A DNA stretch of 64,000 nt, taken from positions 120,760 through 184,759 of the forward strand of contig JAUCBJ010008928.1 of assembly GCA_032718475.1 (NCBI GenBank), in the 5' to 3' direction. The position numbers were made by a program, and so were the translations under genes. The DNA is from Nemertoderma westbladi. Its lineage: Eukaryota; Animalia; Xenacoelomorpha. The notes below the pieces were generated by a model. It had not been told where the DNA came from. It did no database searches and worked only from the letters and a program-made list of their open reading frames with translations. This document shows, piece by piece, positions 35,771 to 48,545 of this stretch. How positions within the stretch are numbered: position 1 is the first letter of the stretch; the number at the start of each line of letters is the position of its first letter.

Positions 35771-35950
35771 GGCTTGTTTACACGTGGCTACTTTTAGAGC
35801 ACCTTTCTCGGCAACTAGCAACTTTTTTTGGAGCAACTTAATTTAGTCGCTGTTTACACGTGGCAACTTTTAGAGCAACTTTCTCGGCAACTTGTAGAGC
35901 AACCCAAGTAGCCGATCAAATTGCTCCGTGTAAACACTCAAAAAACAGGC
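35771..35950. mobile_element. PIF/Harbinger (Tourist)-like MITE
   Basis: TAA|GGCTTGTTTACACG ... CGTGTAAACA..GGCC|TTA; internal duplication TGTTTACACGTGGC.ACTTTTAGAGCA. Confidence 0.55.
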
Positions 35951-36904
35951 CTTATCCCTATTACCACTGGGGGAGGGGGGGGGGGGGGCGAATCGGCTCC
36001 TTCCTAGTTTTTAATTGCGATTTACGTCTCTAAATTTACACATTAGTATCTTGATAATACTGTATCTTTACCAATTTTTGGTTAAATTTAAAACGGTTTT
36101 CAGATTCGGAATCTACATACGAAGGCGTTTCTAATGATATCCAGATTACATTCCAAGGACGTAAAATGGAGTCCACGGAGGTGGTTAAACATTGCTAAAT
36201 AGACATTTTTTTAAGGGCTTGTTGCCATAAAGGACTGTTTCATGGTTCTATCTCCAAATCAAGTAAATGTCACAGAGGACCTTTTCCCACTAAGACCTTC
36301 AAACAATATGCCTAATATATTTTAATAATTATAATAATAATAAAAATGATTTTAACAATGGAATTACATATTGTACGATAAATAAAACACGTAATTTCAA
36401 TTTACCTTTTCGCACTCGATCTGACTCAATCGATTACGCTGGACATTACATGATTTTATTAAATAAATTTGGTTATTTTAGAGAGATGAAAATATATAAT
36501 GACTTTATAGTACAGAATATTAAATACAAGAGTTTTAAGATTTTACACCGAAATTATAAAATATGAATTTACCGTAACAATTACTATATTAATTTAATTG
36601 AACGAATGAGAAGGAGATTCAAAAATCCTTATAATTAAATGCCATTTGGTAATTAGTTCCCATAACAATAATTGTAAACAGTTCTTGCTCTTCCTTTGTT
36701 TTAACAGACAGTCAGTCAACAGTTTAGATCCCGTTAAACGTAAAACCGACATCGGAATTTAAATCTGCGACAAGCTTTACTTCGTTGCCTGATTCCGCGG
36801 CACCGAAAATAAATATCTATTGAAATTTTACTTTAAATTTTAATAAGGTGCCCGCTCGACAGCGGGATACTTACTATAAATATCTCAGGTCATATAACAC
36901 TGAC

Positions 36905-37205
36905 TGAGTGATACACTCACTCTCTCAATCATACACTCGCGCACTCACTCAATCACACACTCACTCATTCTCACTCTCTCAATCACTCACGCACTCACTC
37001 ACTCTCAATCACGCAATCACTCTCACTCAATCACGCACTCACTCACTCACTCTCTCTCACTCACACACTCACTCAATCAGTCACTCACACACTCACTCAA
37101 TCACTCACGCACTCACTCACTCAATAAATCACACACTCACTCACGCACTCAATTACTCAATGAATCAATCACTCACGCACGCACTAACTCAATCACTCAC
37201 TCACT
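36905..37205. repeat. Degenerate (CACT)n microsatellite
   Basis: ACTC/TCAC/TCAA units over ~300 bp. Confidence 0.9.
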
Positions 37206-37520
37206 GATCATAATCCAGGTTCAGGCGCTTCCTGCCTGGCGTTTTTGATGAAATTTACAATTACATTGCTTAGGTGGTTCATAATCGCGTTACAATATTT
37301 CAGATAGATTCAGATAGATGTGTGGTATTCGATATATTTCGTTTTTTAACATGACTTTGTCGCGAAATTAGATGTATTTAGACATTCATTGACACGTGAC
37401 AGCTGTGGCAAAGGAATACATAGAGAGTTAGAGTTTAGGGGCCTAACCCATTAAAATACATCAAAGGCAGACCTATTAATTAACTAGAAAAGCCAGCAAG
37501 CTGTAGTTTAGCTGGGTCCC

Positions 37521-38644
37521 GGGTGTTTGAAAAAGGTTGACTGGTCACAAAAAACATGGACAATGGACAGACCAATCACGGGCGATTTGCGTCACACAGC
37601 ATGTCCACCTTTTTCAGCTTTCTTGTCCACCTTTTTCAAATTTGAATAAGGTGGACTGGGTTGAGAAAGAACAGGCAATGAATTGACCAATCAGATTGAT
37701 TTGCACATTATAGCAGCTCTGAGCACGTTTTTCAAAAAAATTTCAGAAGGTTTTTATGTATTATTGTTGTTATATTATCCCATACTGTGACCAACCAGCC
37801 AACCGAAGTTGTTGAAATAGGCCTAGTTCAATAATATGGGGCGAGCCACGCGAAGTCTGTGAGTTGAGCCTTACAGCCTTGGCATCAATATTGGAACGTC
37901 AATATTCTAACTCATTACAGTAGTATAAAATTAATTATAATAACTACCTATTGTACTGTGCTGCTGTGAGGGAAATATTTTATGCTTTATTTACCGTTCA
38001 TCCCAAGATCTGTTATTAAACGACCGAGCGCAGCAAGGGAGGTAAATAAGTCCCCATATTTTGGGAGTGGAGGTCCGAAACCCTAATTCAAAGTGGAAAT
38101 GGAGGCCCAAAGCCTTAATTATAATTTTTATGTCACCCCAACCTTAAATATTTTGGATCCTAAATTCCACAAAATTTATTAGATTAGAGCATCGGGATCT
38201 GGTCATAGGGTTAATGACAGTTTTAATTAGGGTTTGGGCCTGACCAACTAACCCAATAAATCTACGTTAAAGTGCTGTGCTGGGGGGGGGGGGGGGGGGG
38301 GGGGGTAGATACGCCTAGGACACCGGCAGCATTCCTAATGCCACTGCTTCCAGCATGGCGATTATAGATAGCTAATTGAAACCTGAAAAGGTGGACAGTC
38401 TAATCACTAATAAATAGCATTGCTTTAATACGTTTCTGATCGGTCAGACTATTATCTATGTTTTTTGTGCATGTGTCCAGTCCACCTTTTTCAAACACAC
38501 ATATTCCCAATTATGTAACTAAGAAAGCGAAACTTGAAAAAGGTTGACAGACCAATTGCTACAAACTGCTTTTCATAATACGTTTCTGATTGGTCTGTCC
38601 GTCGTCCATGTTTTCTGTGTCCAGTCCACCTTTTTCAAACACCC
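37521..38644. mobile_element. Non-autonomous DNA transposon with long TIRs and a perfect TSD (Mutator-like if the TSD is 10 bp)
   Basis: GGGTGTTTGAAAAAGGT.GACTGG... / ...CCAGTCCACCTTTTTCAAACACCC; GCTGGGTCCC at 37511-37520 and 38645-38654 (alternatively an 8-bp CTGGGTCC with TIRs one base longer); subterminal GTCCACCTTTTTCA repeats. Confidence 0.9.
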
Positions 38645-39055
38645 GCTGGGTCCCTCCCCATTCAACAGCTTTGTTTACAGATTGGGAGTAATACCAAATA
38701 CCAGCCCCTAACTACAGTATGTACCATTATGAACCTAACATTTGAACGACCCTGTGCTTATAATAATTGTTTAGTTTATTTACTGCTGCTGACTGGCATA
38801 GTTCATTTGTAATAGTCTTGGCTAGGATTCTTCCCCCGGGCTCCTTCCAGCCAGCTTGCTGGCTTTCTAGTAATTTTGTTGAGGTTTCTACTGTACGTTA
38901 AGAACAATGTAATACGGTACTGTATGTTAATTGCAAATGTTTATGTTCTATAATATGTAGGACTAGTGTATCTTATCGAAGTCCACATATAATATGAGTC
39001 GCAATTGTCTGTATACTGTAGGTCGGGGTTTAATGTTTTCGTCCGCGTTTGATAT

Positions 39056-40513
39056 TTATTGATCATAAACTATAAACCTTTCCCATGTCCCCTTTGCTTC
39101 AGTTATAGCCTGTCGTGCGTCAGCATAATCTCCTGGTTCAGGTACCTTTGCTACCTGTCTATCTCTAAGTTGCACGATGTATATCTGGAATGACTGACAA
39201 CGAATAATCATTGATCTTATATTTATAGTCTCCAAATAGACTTCTAGTAAACTACTACCATCAGAACGGTTTAAGGAATTGACTTCAGTATGAACTCCCT
39301 GGAAATTTAAACCGGTAAATAATTGAATGGAGGCGTAGCCATCAGGACAATCTGCCAAGGTCACATCGTCCCCAGGTAACTTTCTAAGAGATGAAACTCC
39401 ACGCTGAAGACCAAATCCGCGATAGAATCCAGGGTAAAAAAGGGTTGCATTAAATCCATCAAAATTTGTTTGGGTAAAAACTTCCCATTGTCCTGTTGCG
39501 ACAATCGCTGCTTCATATTTATTAGCGATATTAGGAAACGCATTTTGGTTTGAGGTGAAATAGGGAGGTTCATAATAATTGTTCCACATTATAATATTAT
39601 CTGAAGGTAGAAGAATCATGTAGCATTGATCAGATAGACATAGATCTGCTGTGCTAAATTCTGCGTATTCGCCTGGAGGAAGAGTTGGCCAGAAACTTTG
39701 CTCCATGTTGCCCCATGTCCCACAATATACACGAACTGATTTATAATTCGTATTTGATACATCAATCCGATTTGTATCAGAAAACGCATATTCTTTGCCT
39801 TTGAATGATTCTTCTTCATAAAAGGTTATGGCTGATGGGGTTGAACATTCCACTGTAACATCGTACGGATGCAGAGATTCAGTTCCTCCTGCTAGCAGGT
39901 TAACTTCCCCATTCTTAAGTAAAACAATCCAAGTTGCTAAACCAGCAACAGCTAAGAGTAAAACAGCAATCACCACAAATAAACACCGTACAGGTAGGAG
40001 CTTCCACCACGACCTAACTGGTTCTCTGACTAGGTCCCCGGCGTTCTCATAGCCAACCTCATCAATGTCGGACTTTGGTTTATTATTAACAATGTTTGGG
40101 GGGTGGAAATCGGGGGTTGCAACATGAGATGGTTGTGAATTCACTGCTCGAAGGTAACCTCTGTCATCTACAGGTGGGTTATCAATATAAGGCGGGTGGT
40201 TTCCAGGGGCAACATGGGATGTTTGTTGATTAAAACCTTGCGGGTGGTATCCAGGGACGGGCACATTGGAACTTTGCGATGTGACAGCTTGTATAGGGCT
40301 ACGGTCATCCACCTGGACCTGGGGATGGTTCGTAAGACAAGTGTCCACGTAGAGAGCACCAACTTCTGACTGCTCTAATAATTCATCGCCAGGAATTCTT
40401 TCGTAATGATCATCATTTTGGTAACCATCGTTTATATTAGAGAATTGAAAAGGTGCCGGTATAGATTGGACACGAGGCTGTGTTGTATTGGATCCATGAT
40501 TATCTAAGGACAT
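39056..40513 (-). CDS. Type II single-pass membrane protein with Tyr-motif N-terminal tail and about three beta/gamma-crystallin domains (485 aa, intronless CDS)
   Basis: No signal peptide; hydrophobic CLFVVIAVLLLAVAGLATWIVLL preceded by basic residues. Greek-key signatures ITFYEEESFKG..KSVRVYCGTW..LPPGEY, GQWEVFTQTNFDG..PGFY..VSSLRKL, IQLFTGLNFQG..IRSMII..PGDY. Confidence 0.85.
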   Translation of the reverse strand: MSLDNHGSNTTQPRVQSIPAPFQFSNINDGYQNDDHYERIPGDELLEQSEVGALYVDTCLTNHPQVQVDDRSPIQAVTSQSSNVPVPGYHPQGFNQQTSHVAPGNHPPYIDNPPVDDRGYLRAVNSQPSHVATPDFHPPNIVNNKPKSDIDEVGYENAGDLVREPVRSWWKLLPVRCLFVVIAVLLLAVAGLATWIVLLKNGEVNLLAGGTESLHPYDVTVECSTPSAITFYEEESFKGKEYAFSDTNRIDVSNTNYKSVRVYCGTWGNMEQSFWPTLPPGEYAEFSTADLCLSDQCYMILLPSDNIIMWNNYYEPPYFTSNQNAFPNIANKYEAAIVATGQWEVFTQTNFDGFNATLFYPGFYRGFGLQRGVSSLRKLPGDDVTLADCPDGYASIQLFTGLNFQGVHTEVNSLNRSDGSSLLEVYLETINIRSMIIRCQSFQIYIVQLRDRQVAKVPEPGDYADARQAITEAKGTWERFIVYDQ

Positions 40514-41887
40514 TATTGATTATTTTAATAACTTAATACTTTAAGAAAATGTTTTAAAATAATATATATTAACTTATTTCACATCATAACATAATTTCCG
40601 GCATTGCATTGACTATAAATAAACCGAATACAATATACAGTAGGCCCTACTATGTTGGGTCGAATGCCAACCTGGTTAAATTAGTTTCGAAAATAAATCC
40701 ACCTTGGCATTAAGATATAATAATTGTTGGGAAACTACAAACTTATTAAGTCTTTGTTCATATCCCTCATACTGTATAGTGTTCAGTACAGGTGACACCA
40801 CGCAACTACTGTAGGCCTACTGTAGGCCCCTACTTGTACAATTATTACTAATATGGTTATTCTTAGTGTTTATATTATTAATAATGGGTGGGTAATTATT
40901 TTGGTAAGATATTAATGTGATAATTAATTATACCCTAAAGTACCATCAGTGGTGTTGAACTGTCTTCCTATCTGTGGTCTGTTTTTCTCTGAACATTTTG
41001 CAATTTTCCAATTAATATGATATTTTTTGATTTTTGTATTTCAGGTTCAGGCAACTTTGTTAAAGTCTTATCAAAGTGTACCTACTGTTGGGTATATTAA
41101 AATGATCATCAACTAGTGTATATTGTATGGTACCGCGTAGCGGCACTGTATTTCGATTGGGTTTCCCAAGAATTATTTTATAATAATTCAGTATGATTTT
41201 CAAGATTATTTGACTGTTTCTTCTTGCTATCTCTACTTTCTTTCTGGTCTTCTCTCGACCGACTTACTTATATTATTTACCTACCAATTGGATGGCTCCC
41301 CCTGCTCCAAAATGTCCTTGGCCTCCAAAATTAACAACTCTCTCTGCTCCCTTATAATTACCGTTCTTCTTCTTAATTTGGCCTTCTTTCCTTACATACT
41401 GAATTTATTTATCTTTCTTCGTACTGTAGTACTGTAGCACATCTGCCAGGTAGGGAGTAATTTATAGGGAGCTACCCACCTCTATATTTAACCGGTGTGA
41501 GGATAATCGCAGCTTAGTAAAGGCAATTCAATGTTTTTCTGGGATATCCTGCAGCGAGTAAATCGGGTGAACAGCCAATGCGGGGTTAATCGATTTATAG
41601 GTAACATCGCGAGTGTTAGACCTATTGCGGATTGTTTGTTTCAATTTGCATCCCAACTGCAACTGGAGGTCTCCGTAGAATTCGATAATAACAATAATAA
41701 TTTTTTGCAGACACTCTTTACTGTTTCGATTGCCTGTCGTAGTGGTGTCCCCTTAGATAAGTTTTATAATTGTCTTGTCCCATGGGTTATCTTTTAGCAG
41801 CGATAAGACTATCCAATGGCACCAAGCCTATTTCAATGAGTCAGAGATAGTAACTGCTTAATTACACCCAGTAACTGCTTAATTACG

Positions 41888-42350
41888 TATGTATGTATGT
41901 ACGTATGTATGGGTTTAATACCGGGGGACAGCCAAGTTTCTGCGCCATAGAGAATTTAAGAGAATAAAGCCGCTTTAGCAACCTCCTTTTTTACAGAATA
42001 AGGCATATCGGTGTTCCGTTCAACCAAATTTAATATTTAAGAACATGCTTGTTGCTTCATAAGAACCTGGTCATTTAGCACAGAGAGAGCTGGGTTTCGC
42101 GTCTGCGGTGAAAGGGCAACCCAGGTATTTATAAGTAGAAGTTAATTTAATTGTAATGCCCTGTGACGTTATTGTTTGCGGGTCAGAGAAGGAAGCGTTT
42201 ATTACCATCAGTTCTGTCTTCTTGGGAATTATAATCATTCCAGATGACTTACAATATTCCAACAAAACTTATCTTTGCATGTTTCAAGTGACGTTGCCAA
42301 TAGTACTGTATCGTTAACAGTAAGCAGTTCAGAGCACCTAGGAACCCATC
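41888..42350 (-). mobile_element. 3' fragment of an APE-type LINE (RT C-terminal part) with (ATAC)n tail
   Basis: VNDTVLLATS (YADD-equivalent), YCKSSGMIIIPKKTELMVIN, YKYLGCPFT; GTATGTATGTATG tract at ~41888-41910. Confidence 0.7.
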
Positions 42351-44019
42351 GGATTTATACTCGTTATTCTAATTTAGCATAGGTATTAAAAGTAGCAGTA
42401 AAATTTCCTGTGCTAATAATTGTATGTTGTATATATTGATATGAAAACAATAAAATAGGAAATGGGGTCTTATTCCCTCAGATACTACCTAGCATCTAGG
42501 GCTGTTAGTACTCAGGCACTAAGGCCAATTAAAAAATGAAATACCAAATCGATTGTAGTGCTCCCAACCCAACTACCCCAAGGAAAACTGCACCAAACCA
42601 TACAGTAACTACATGTACCAGTAAGTATTGCACGAATAGGCTATCCCATAAATTAAGAAAAATATAGGACATTTTGTCCGCCGAAAAGGTAAGTCTAAGT
42701 AATAAATTTTATAAAAATAAAAGGGTTTCGGAGATTTAAACACTGAACCCTGGGATTCGTGGTTCTCCTCATCAGCAGTGTGCCACGAACCCCACCCCTA
42801 CCCTAACATAACTGCACCACTAAATTAAGACAATGACAAATAAATTAGAAATGCTACCGTACCTCCAGTTGAAACCACCCACCCCAATGTATGTTACCAT
42901 CAGCCCCAAATGCATAAACATGATTCCCCACTGAATGCAACCAACCCCAATTAGCACCTACCGGTATGTACAGGGAAATGATCAGATTTTTAAACAAAAT
43001 TGCGCAGATGTCAGAGCCCATATTCATCACATGCAATAATTTAATGGCAAATTATTTGATTTAAAAGTTAAATAATATAAAAATAAATGACTAATTTCTA
43101 ATGACATTAGTCAATCGTGGAAGCGGATGTGTGACGTTGCAAGCATAGAAATATGCGAGAAATTTTCAAAAAGTTTCGACATAAAACTAATTTATTAATA
43201 CATAATTAATAATAACCAAATTAAACCAATCTAATTAAATATCGCCATAACCAATCAAATAACTATTACAGTAGTTACTAAGTGTGAAATAAGTGTGAGC
43301 GCCGATGCTACTTCTACCAATGTCGCTGAACTATATTTAGAACAAAAATTAAAATAGGAAATAAAATTACGCGTTTCCTTGGAAACACAAACAATGTTTG
43401 TTTAATTGTAAACCTAACTACAGTATGGTTTATAGTTGACCAGCTTTATATTGTTCTAATAAATATAAATTAGTGACATTATGGTAGGTATTAGAAAATT
43501 ATTTTGAACTTTGATCGAGTATCAAAAGGGAACCAATAATTCATATTTAAATGGACTAAATTATGTGGAATTAATTGTGTGATTAATTAATGAGTATACA
43601 CAATTGTCCAACCTTTCTTAGATGGGAGGATTATAGCAGACCAACTATGGTTCCGGACAATTATTCCCCGTCTCCACGGCTTGACAGATTCTGCACGTAG
43701 CCACGATAGTTTATAATTACCGCTGGTAGTTGCAGAATTCTCCCGTGTCACAGAACATGGAGAAGCACACAAATGCTTATCAGTCATTTATTAAAAATGC
43801 TTAGAAATAAAGATATAAAAACGTGCCTGGCGTTTATATGTTTGTTTTATCTTACTTATGTTACTTGTTACATAATATATTATAACACACATAATAAATG
43901 AATACATAAACGTGTTTTCGTCAAATTCTATAAAATTTTGTAGCTCTGGCTTACATCTAAATTTGAGGGAACAAAATGGGAACTTGGCAGCTAAAAGGTT
44001 AAGTACATAAGGTTACGGA

Positions 44020-45343
44020 AATGTTCGGCGGACTTATATCATTTTGAAGTGCAACGTTCCAACTTCCAGAATATCAACTACTTCTCTCTGTATCCGAGCT
44101 CGTTGATGTTCATTACGTGCACACATTTCTCCGCCGAATGAATCCAGGAGGCCTCACAACATATAATCTCCTGGAACACGTGTGTAGCGACCCCGATCTC
44201 GGTCATAAATTCCTTGCTGCGAACCGGAGTTATTACAGACCTGACCGATCGCACCACCTATCTCGGTCAGACCTTGCGACTCGCAAATAAAATGGTCAAA
44301 CCCATGAGGTAGGCCTACTGTATGTTTCCTGCCGAGGAGGTATTACGACTTCCTCCCAGACCAAAAGGGGACCTGTCACCGCCGCCATCTTAAAACGATC
44401 GGTGCAATCAGCGCAATCCCTTTTATCTCGGCCTTCCCCGGCCAAAGTACTCTGCAAGAAGGGTGTGAAACAGTTACACGCAACAATCTCACAAAGTTGT
44501 TGAGAACTTATAAACTCATGCCCTACTGTGTTTGATTTTGGTATACAGCGTTGAGTTGCTGCATTGCGCCACAGCTGCCTTGCACAGCTTGCCATAAGCA
44601 CCATCTTTGTTCCTTTAACAGGCAGCCCCTTTTATATCGAAACGGCCAATCAGGGCAATTTTAACTTTCTTATTCCATAGAGTTCCATTTCACAGGAAAC
44701 TGGATCCATGGGTTACGGGCAGTTGACAAGGGTTACTGGCTCTTGATTTGAGAATTCCGCGAAGCTCTATGACTCACCTTTTTGTGTTAGGTCTCCTTAC
44801 TTCAGTGTAGTGAATACCCAAAGTGAGTCAGTCTGATAGTGCTAGCCTGGAAGAACTATGGCATAAATTATAGACACTGTATAGTATGTAACTAATCAAA
44901 TTCAGTAATTAATCTCATTATCTGTTAGTTGCAAAATTTATGTGACTGCTGATTCACTACACTGCATTTCTGCCGCCACCGCTGGTATTTTACTGGTTTG
45001 TACCGATGTTCATGGTTTATTTGGAAATATTATAGCGCGATGTTTATATTTGGAGAACACCTATACGTAATCGATTATATCAATCAACTCTTTTTATTAT
45101 AAAGAGGTAAGCTGAAGGGAAGTTCGAGTACTGTGACTATTTCGGTTCAAATTCAAGAGGTTTGTATGATATTTATGCTATTTCATAATACCAACGTGAG
45201 TGGACTGAAATGCTCCTTATACATGAGAAAGATTGGCAATAGTCAGCAAATAGGTGTATTCCTGTTATTTAGTGCAGGCTAGCGAAATAATATAAGACAC
45301 TTGAATGAGCAGGTTAAACTGTTAAAGGTCTAAAAGCGCAGAC
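44020..45343 (+). mobile_element. Diverged relative of the family 2 LTR (possible solo LTR; 5' limit uncertain)
   Basis: Ends GCAGGTTAAACTGTTAAAGGTCTAAAAGCGCAGACA (compare 18807-18842); shares TTATATTTGGAGAA and ATGCTATTTCATA in the same order as 18218-18353; CCAATCA at ~44646. Confidence 0.5.
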
Positions 45344-45449
45344 ATCCCCGGCAAGGCTTTACAACAGGTCTGACGGTTACGGGGTCATGGACTATTTATT
45401 GAAACACTCCTCTAAAATCTCCGGATCACGCTGCCAAAGTTTTTGGAGG

Positions 45450-46290
45450 GAGTCCCCCCCCCCCTCCCCGGTCCCCGAAGTGTCTGGTGGGAACCCCCGA
45501 TCTCCACAGCGTCTGGTGGGAGCCCCTCCCCCCCCCCCCTGGTGCCCAACGTACCTGGTGGGAGCCCCCCGGTTCCCAAAGTGTCGGGAGTTGACCTCCT
45601 TGTCCCCAAAGTGTCTGGTGGGAGCCCCCTGGTGCCCAAAGTACCTGGTGAGAACCCCCGGTCCCCAAATTGTCTGGTGGGAGCACCCTGGTCCCCAAAG
45701 TGTCTGGTGGGAGCACCCCGGTCCCCAAAGTATCTGGTGGGAGCGCCCTGGTTCCCAAAGTGGCTGATGGGAGCCCCGCGGTTCTCATAGTTTCTAGAGT
45801 TGACCCTCTGGTCTCCAAAGTGTCTGGTGGGAACCCGCCGCTCCCCAAATTGTCTGGTAGGCGCCCTCCAGTCCCCAAAATGTCTGGTGTGATCCCCCTG
45901 GTCCCCAAAGTGACTGGTCTGATCCCCCCGGTTCCCAAAGTGTCTGGAGTTGACCCTCTAGACCCCAAAGTGTCGGGAGTTGACCCCATGGTCCCCAAGT
46001 GTCCAAAGTTTCTGGTGGGAGCCCCCAGACCCCAAAGTGTCAGGAGTCGACCACATGGTACCAAAGTGTCTGGTGGGAGCCCCCAGGCCCCAAAGTGTCA
46101 GGAGTCGACCACATGGTACCTAAGTGTCTGGTGGGAGACCCTGGTCCCCAAAGTGTCTGGTGGGAGTCCCCCAGGCCCCAAAGTATCAGGAATTGACCCC
46201 ATGCTCCCCAAAGTGTCTGATGGGAGCCCTCTGGTCCCCAAAGCGTTGGTAGTTGACCCCCTGGTTCTCGCTTCCACCAGGTGCTCTGGT
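45450..46290. repeat. ~30-bp GC-rich minisatellite
   Basis: (GGTCCCCAAAGTGTCTGGTGGGAGCCCCCT)n variants, more than 20 copies; explains the overlapping ORFs. Confidence 0.95.
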
Positions 46291-46339
46291 GCGATAGTAG
46301 AATCTTTCTCCCACACTTTAAGAGCTCTATATCTCCAGT

Positions 46340-48545
46340 CTATGATACCATGGTACACTGAAGGGCTACTCTGTTTCTGGTGCCCCCTGGAGCTATTGGT
46401 CGGGAACTAGTCAGCGAGATGTCGAGGATAGTGGGTCTATCTAATTCAGACAACCTGCTACGAAATATTGCCCTCACCGCGCATATGATACTGCCAGCCC
46501 TGCTCCTCCAGAAACCAGGCCATAAGTGCTCCACGGCCACTAACAAGAGCGTGTTGGTAAGGAGGCTGGAGAGTTGGAAGAGGGCCGAGTTTCATGAGTT
46601 GCTCGTTGAGTACTACTAGGATCGGCATGCTGCATTGCAGCTGCATTTTTAAGAATGCTGTGCCGGCTTATCGACAAAATTGCACCGCCACAACTCCCTA
46701 TCACCCTTGACATTTGCTAGATCATCCGCATCTTCAAGGCCAGTGTCCTTTAAGATGCGTCTCAAGAATATCATGACCATGCTTATTCACTCCATGTAGG
46801 CTGCCAAAGTACAAGATTATGCACTGGCTGGTCGTCACGGCGAAAGCAATGTCCTGCAATGCGGAGGCGTTTTTTTTTCTAGTGTCAAGCTTGGGGGAAC
46901 CAATGAGACACCTCCAATGTTATATAGTGTCTGGTTGGAGATGTCTTCATTGTACTTGACACAATGAACCCGGCGTAGCATTCTTGTGAATGTGCCATCC
47001 AGAGATTTGGTGTCCTCAGCAGTTAGAACCCAGCATGGACTCCCATAGAGGAGTACTGGAACTACTGCTGCTATAAATAATCGGACCTTAAGTTTCCGAT
47101 TAATTCTCGGTGACTTCCAAATCCTGGAAAGCGTATTCAAGGCTGCCCATGCCTTTCCCTTACGTATTCGAAGGTCCTCATCTGACTTCCGGATCCATGA
47201 TCCTAGGTAACAGGAGTCGTCCACATGCTCAAGCATACCATCCTTTGAGCTTATGCTCATCCGATCAGAGACTTGCTTAGGACTTTCAAAGTTAACTGTC
47301 AAAATTTTGGTCTTTCTGGAGTTAATAAAAAGACCAAGACTAGAAGCAGAATGTTCTAATGAGCTGAGGAGCCGTTGGGCTCCCTCTAGTGATTGTGAGA
47401 GCACTCCTACGTCATCAGCAAAGTCTAGATCAGTTAGGTACTTGGCAGGATTTCCTCGACTTCTGGAGCCAGTAGGTGGAGTTATCATCACCCCATCATC
47501 ATTATGAATATCTAAGGACATGCGTAGAACATAGTCAACAACAATTATGAACAAGAATGATGCAAGTTGAGGCCAGGCCAGGGCCATCCAGACTCACCTC
47601 CCGAAACTGGCTCCTTCAATATCTCACATCGTGGCACTACAGAAAATGTTTGTCCAGCACATGTTGACAGGGAATGTTTCTGCGGCTACGAGGTATCTTC
47701 GCCAACTACACCGAGGAAAACCTTTGGGTCTCAACGACACCTTCATTGTCAAAGGCAGTGTTACTAAGGTGGTCCGTGATGTGCTGTTGGGGAAGCACCC
47801 ATCCGCCAAACCCACAGACGACTTGATCATTTTGATGAAGTTTGAGGGAACACCCAAGCACCACCCGGTAGTTTTTGAGCACTGAACAGGCCGCTGGTTC
47901 TGCCCAGCTTGCTCAGAATGAAAGGGAACGCCGTGGGTCCTTCGGGTGTTGATGTAAACATAAATGATTGAAACATCTTCTGACAAGGTTCTGCACGCAA
48001 TCTACAGAGTTATGTGAATGGATTGCGCAGTTGGGAAAACAGATCACTCAGACGATCGTTCCGCCAACTTCTCTGCCTGTGCTGCCTGCGCTGCCTGCGC
48101 CAACTTCTCTGCCCGTCTGATCGCCCTGGACAAGAACTCGGGTGTTTGACCCATCGGGGTCGGGGAAGTTCTCTGGTGGGTGATTGAGAAGGCAGCGATT
48201 CGCTGCATTCGTGAGGACCTGGGGGCTGTTGGTGGGTTGGTGCAACTCTGTCTAGGACAGAAGTCTGGTATCAAGTTTGCTGTTCACAGCCTCAATGATG
48301 CATTCGACCGTGATGACTGCGATGGGGTACTTCAAATAGATGCCACCAATGCTTTTAATTCACTTAATAGGCAAGGGGCTCTACACAACATCGGCGTAGT
48401 CTGTCCTGGTCTACACACCATCGTTGCGAACTAGTATAGCGAGCCAGTGCGGCTGTTCGTAGGTGGAGAAATTTTGTGGTCAGAGTCAGAGGAAGGAACC
48501 ATCCAGGGTGATCCGGTGGCGGTGGCCATGTATGGAAGTAGGGCA
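46340..48545 (+). mobile_element. CRE-like non-LTR retrotransposon RT fragment, decayed, split by an RTE insertion
   Basis: IALTAHMILPALLLQKP...RRLESW; MLTGNVSAATRYL; RLIALDK..GV*PIGVGEVL; QLCLGQKSG; IDATNAFNSLNR; EGTIQGDP. Pieces at 46340-46610 and ~47572-48545. Clade call from remembered motif style. Confidence 0.75.
46611..47568 (-). mobile_element. 5'-truncated RTE-clade LINE nested in the CRE element
   Basis: LASFLFIIVVDYVLR, LTDLDFADD, YLGSWI, VVPVLLYGSPCW, LDGTFTRMLR; 3' end CTAGTAGTA; GTTGAG at both junctions (46605-46610, 47566-47571). Confidence 0.9.

Noticed and set aside
36908-37207. 99-aa His/Ser/Thr-rich ORF
   Set aside because: Translation of the (CACT)n tract.
45387-46410. 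Several overlapping 65-246 aa ORFs on both strands
   Set aside because: Products of a 30-bp minisatellite lacking stops; no sign of a real gene.
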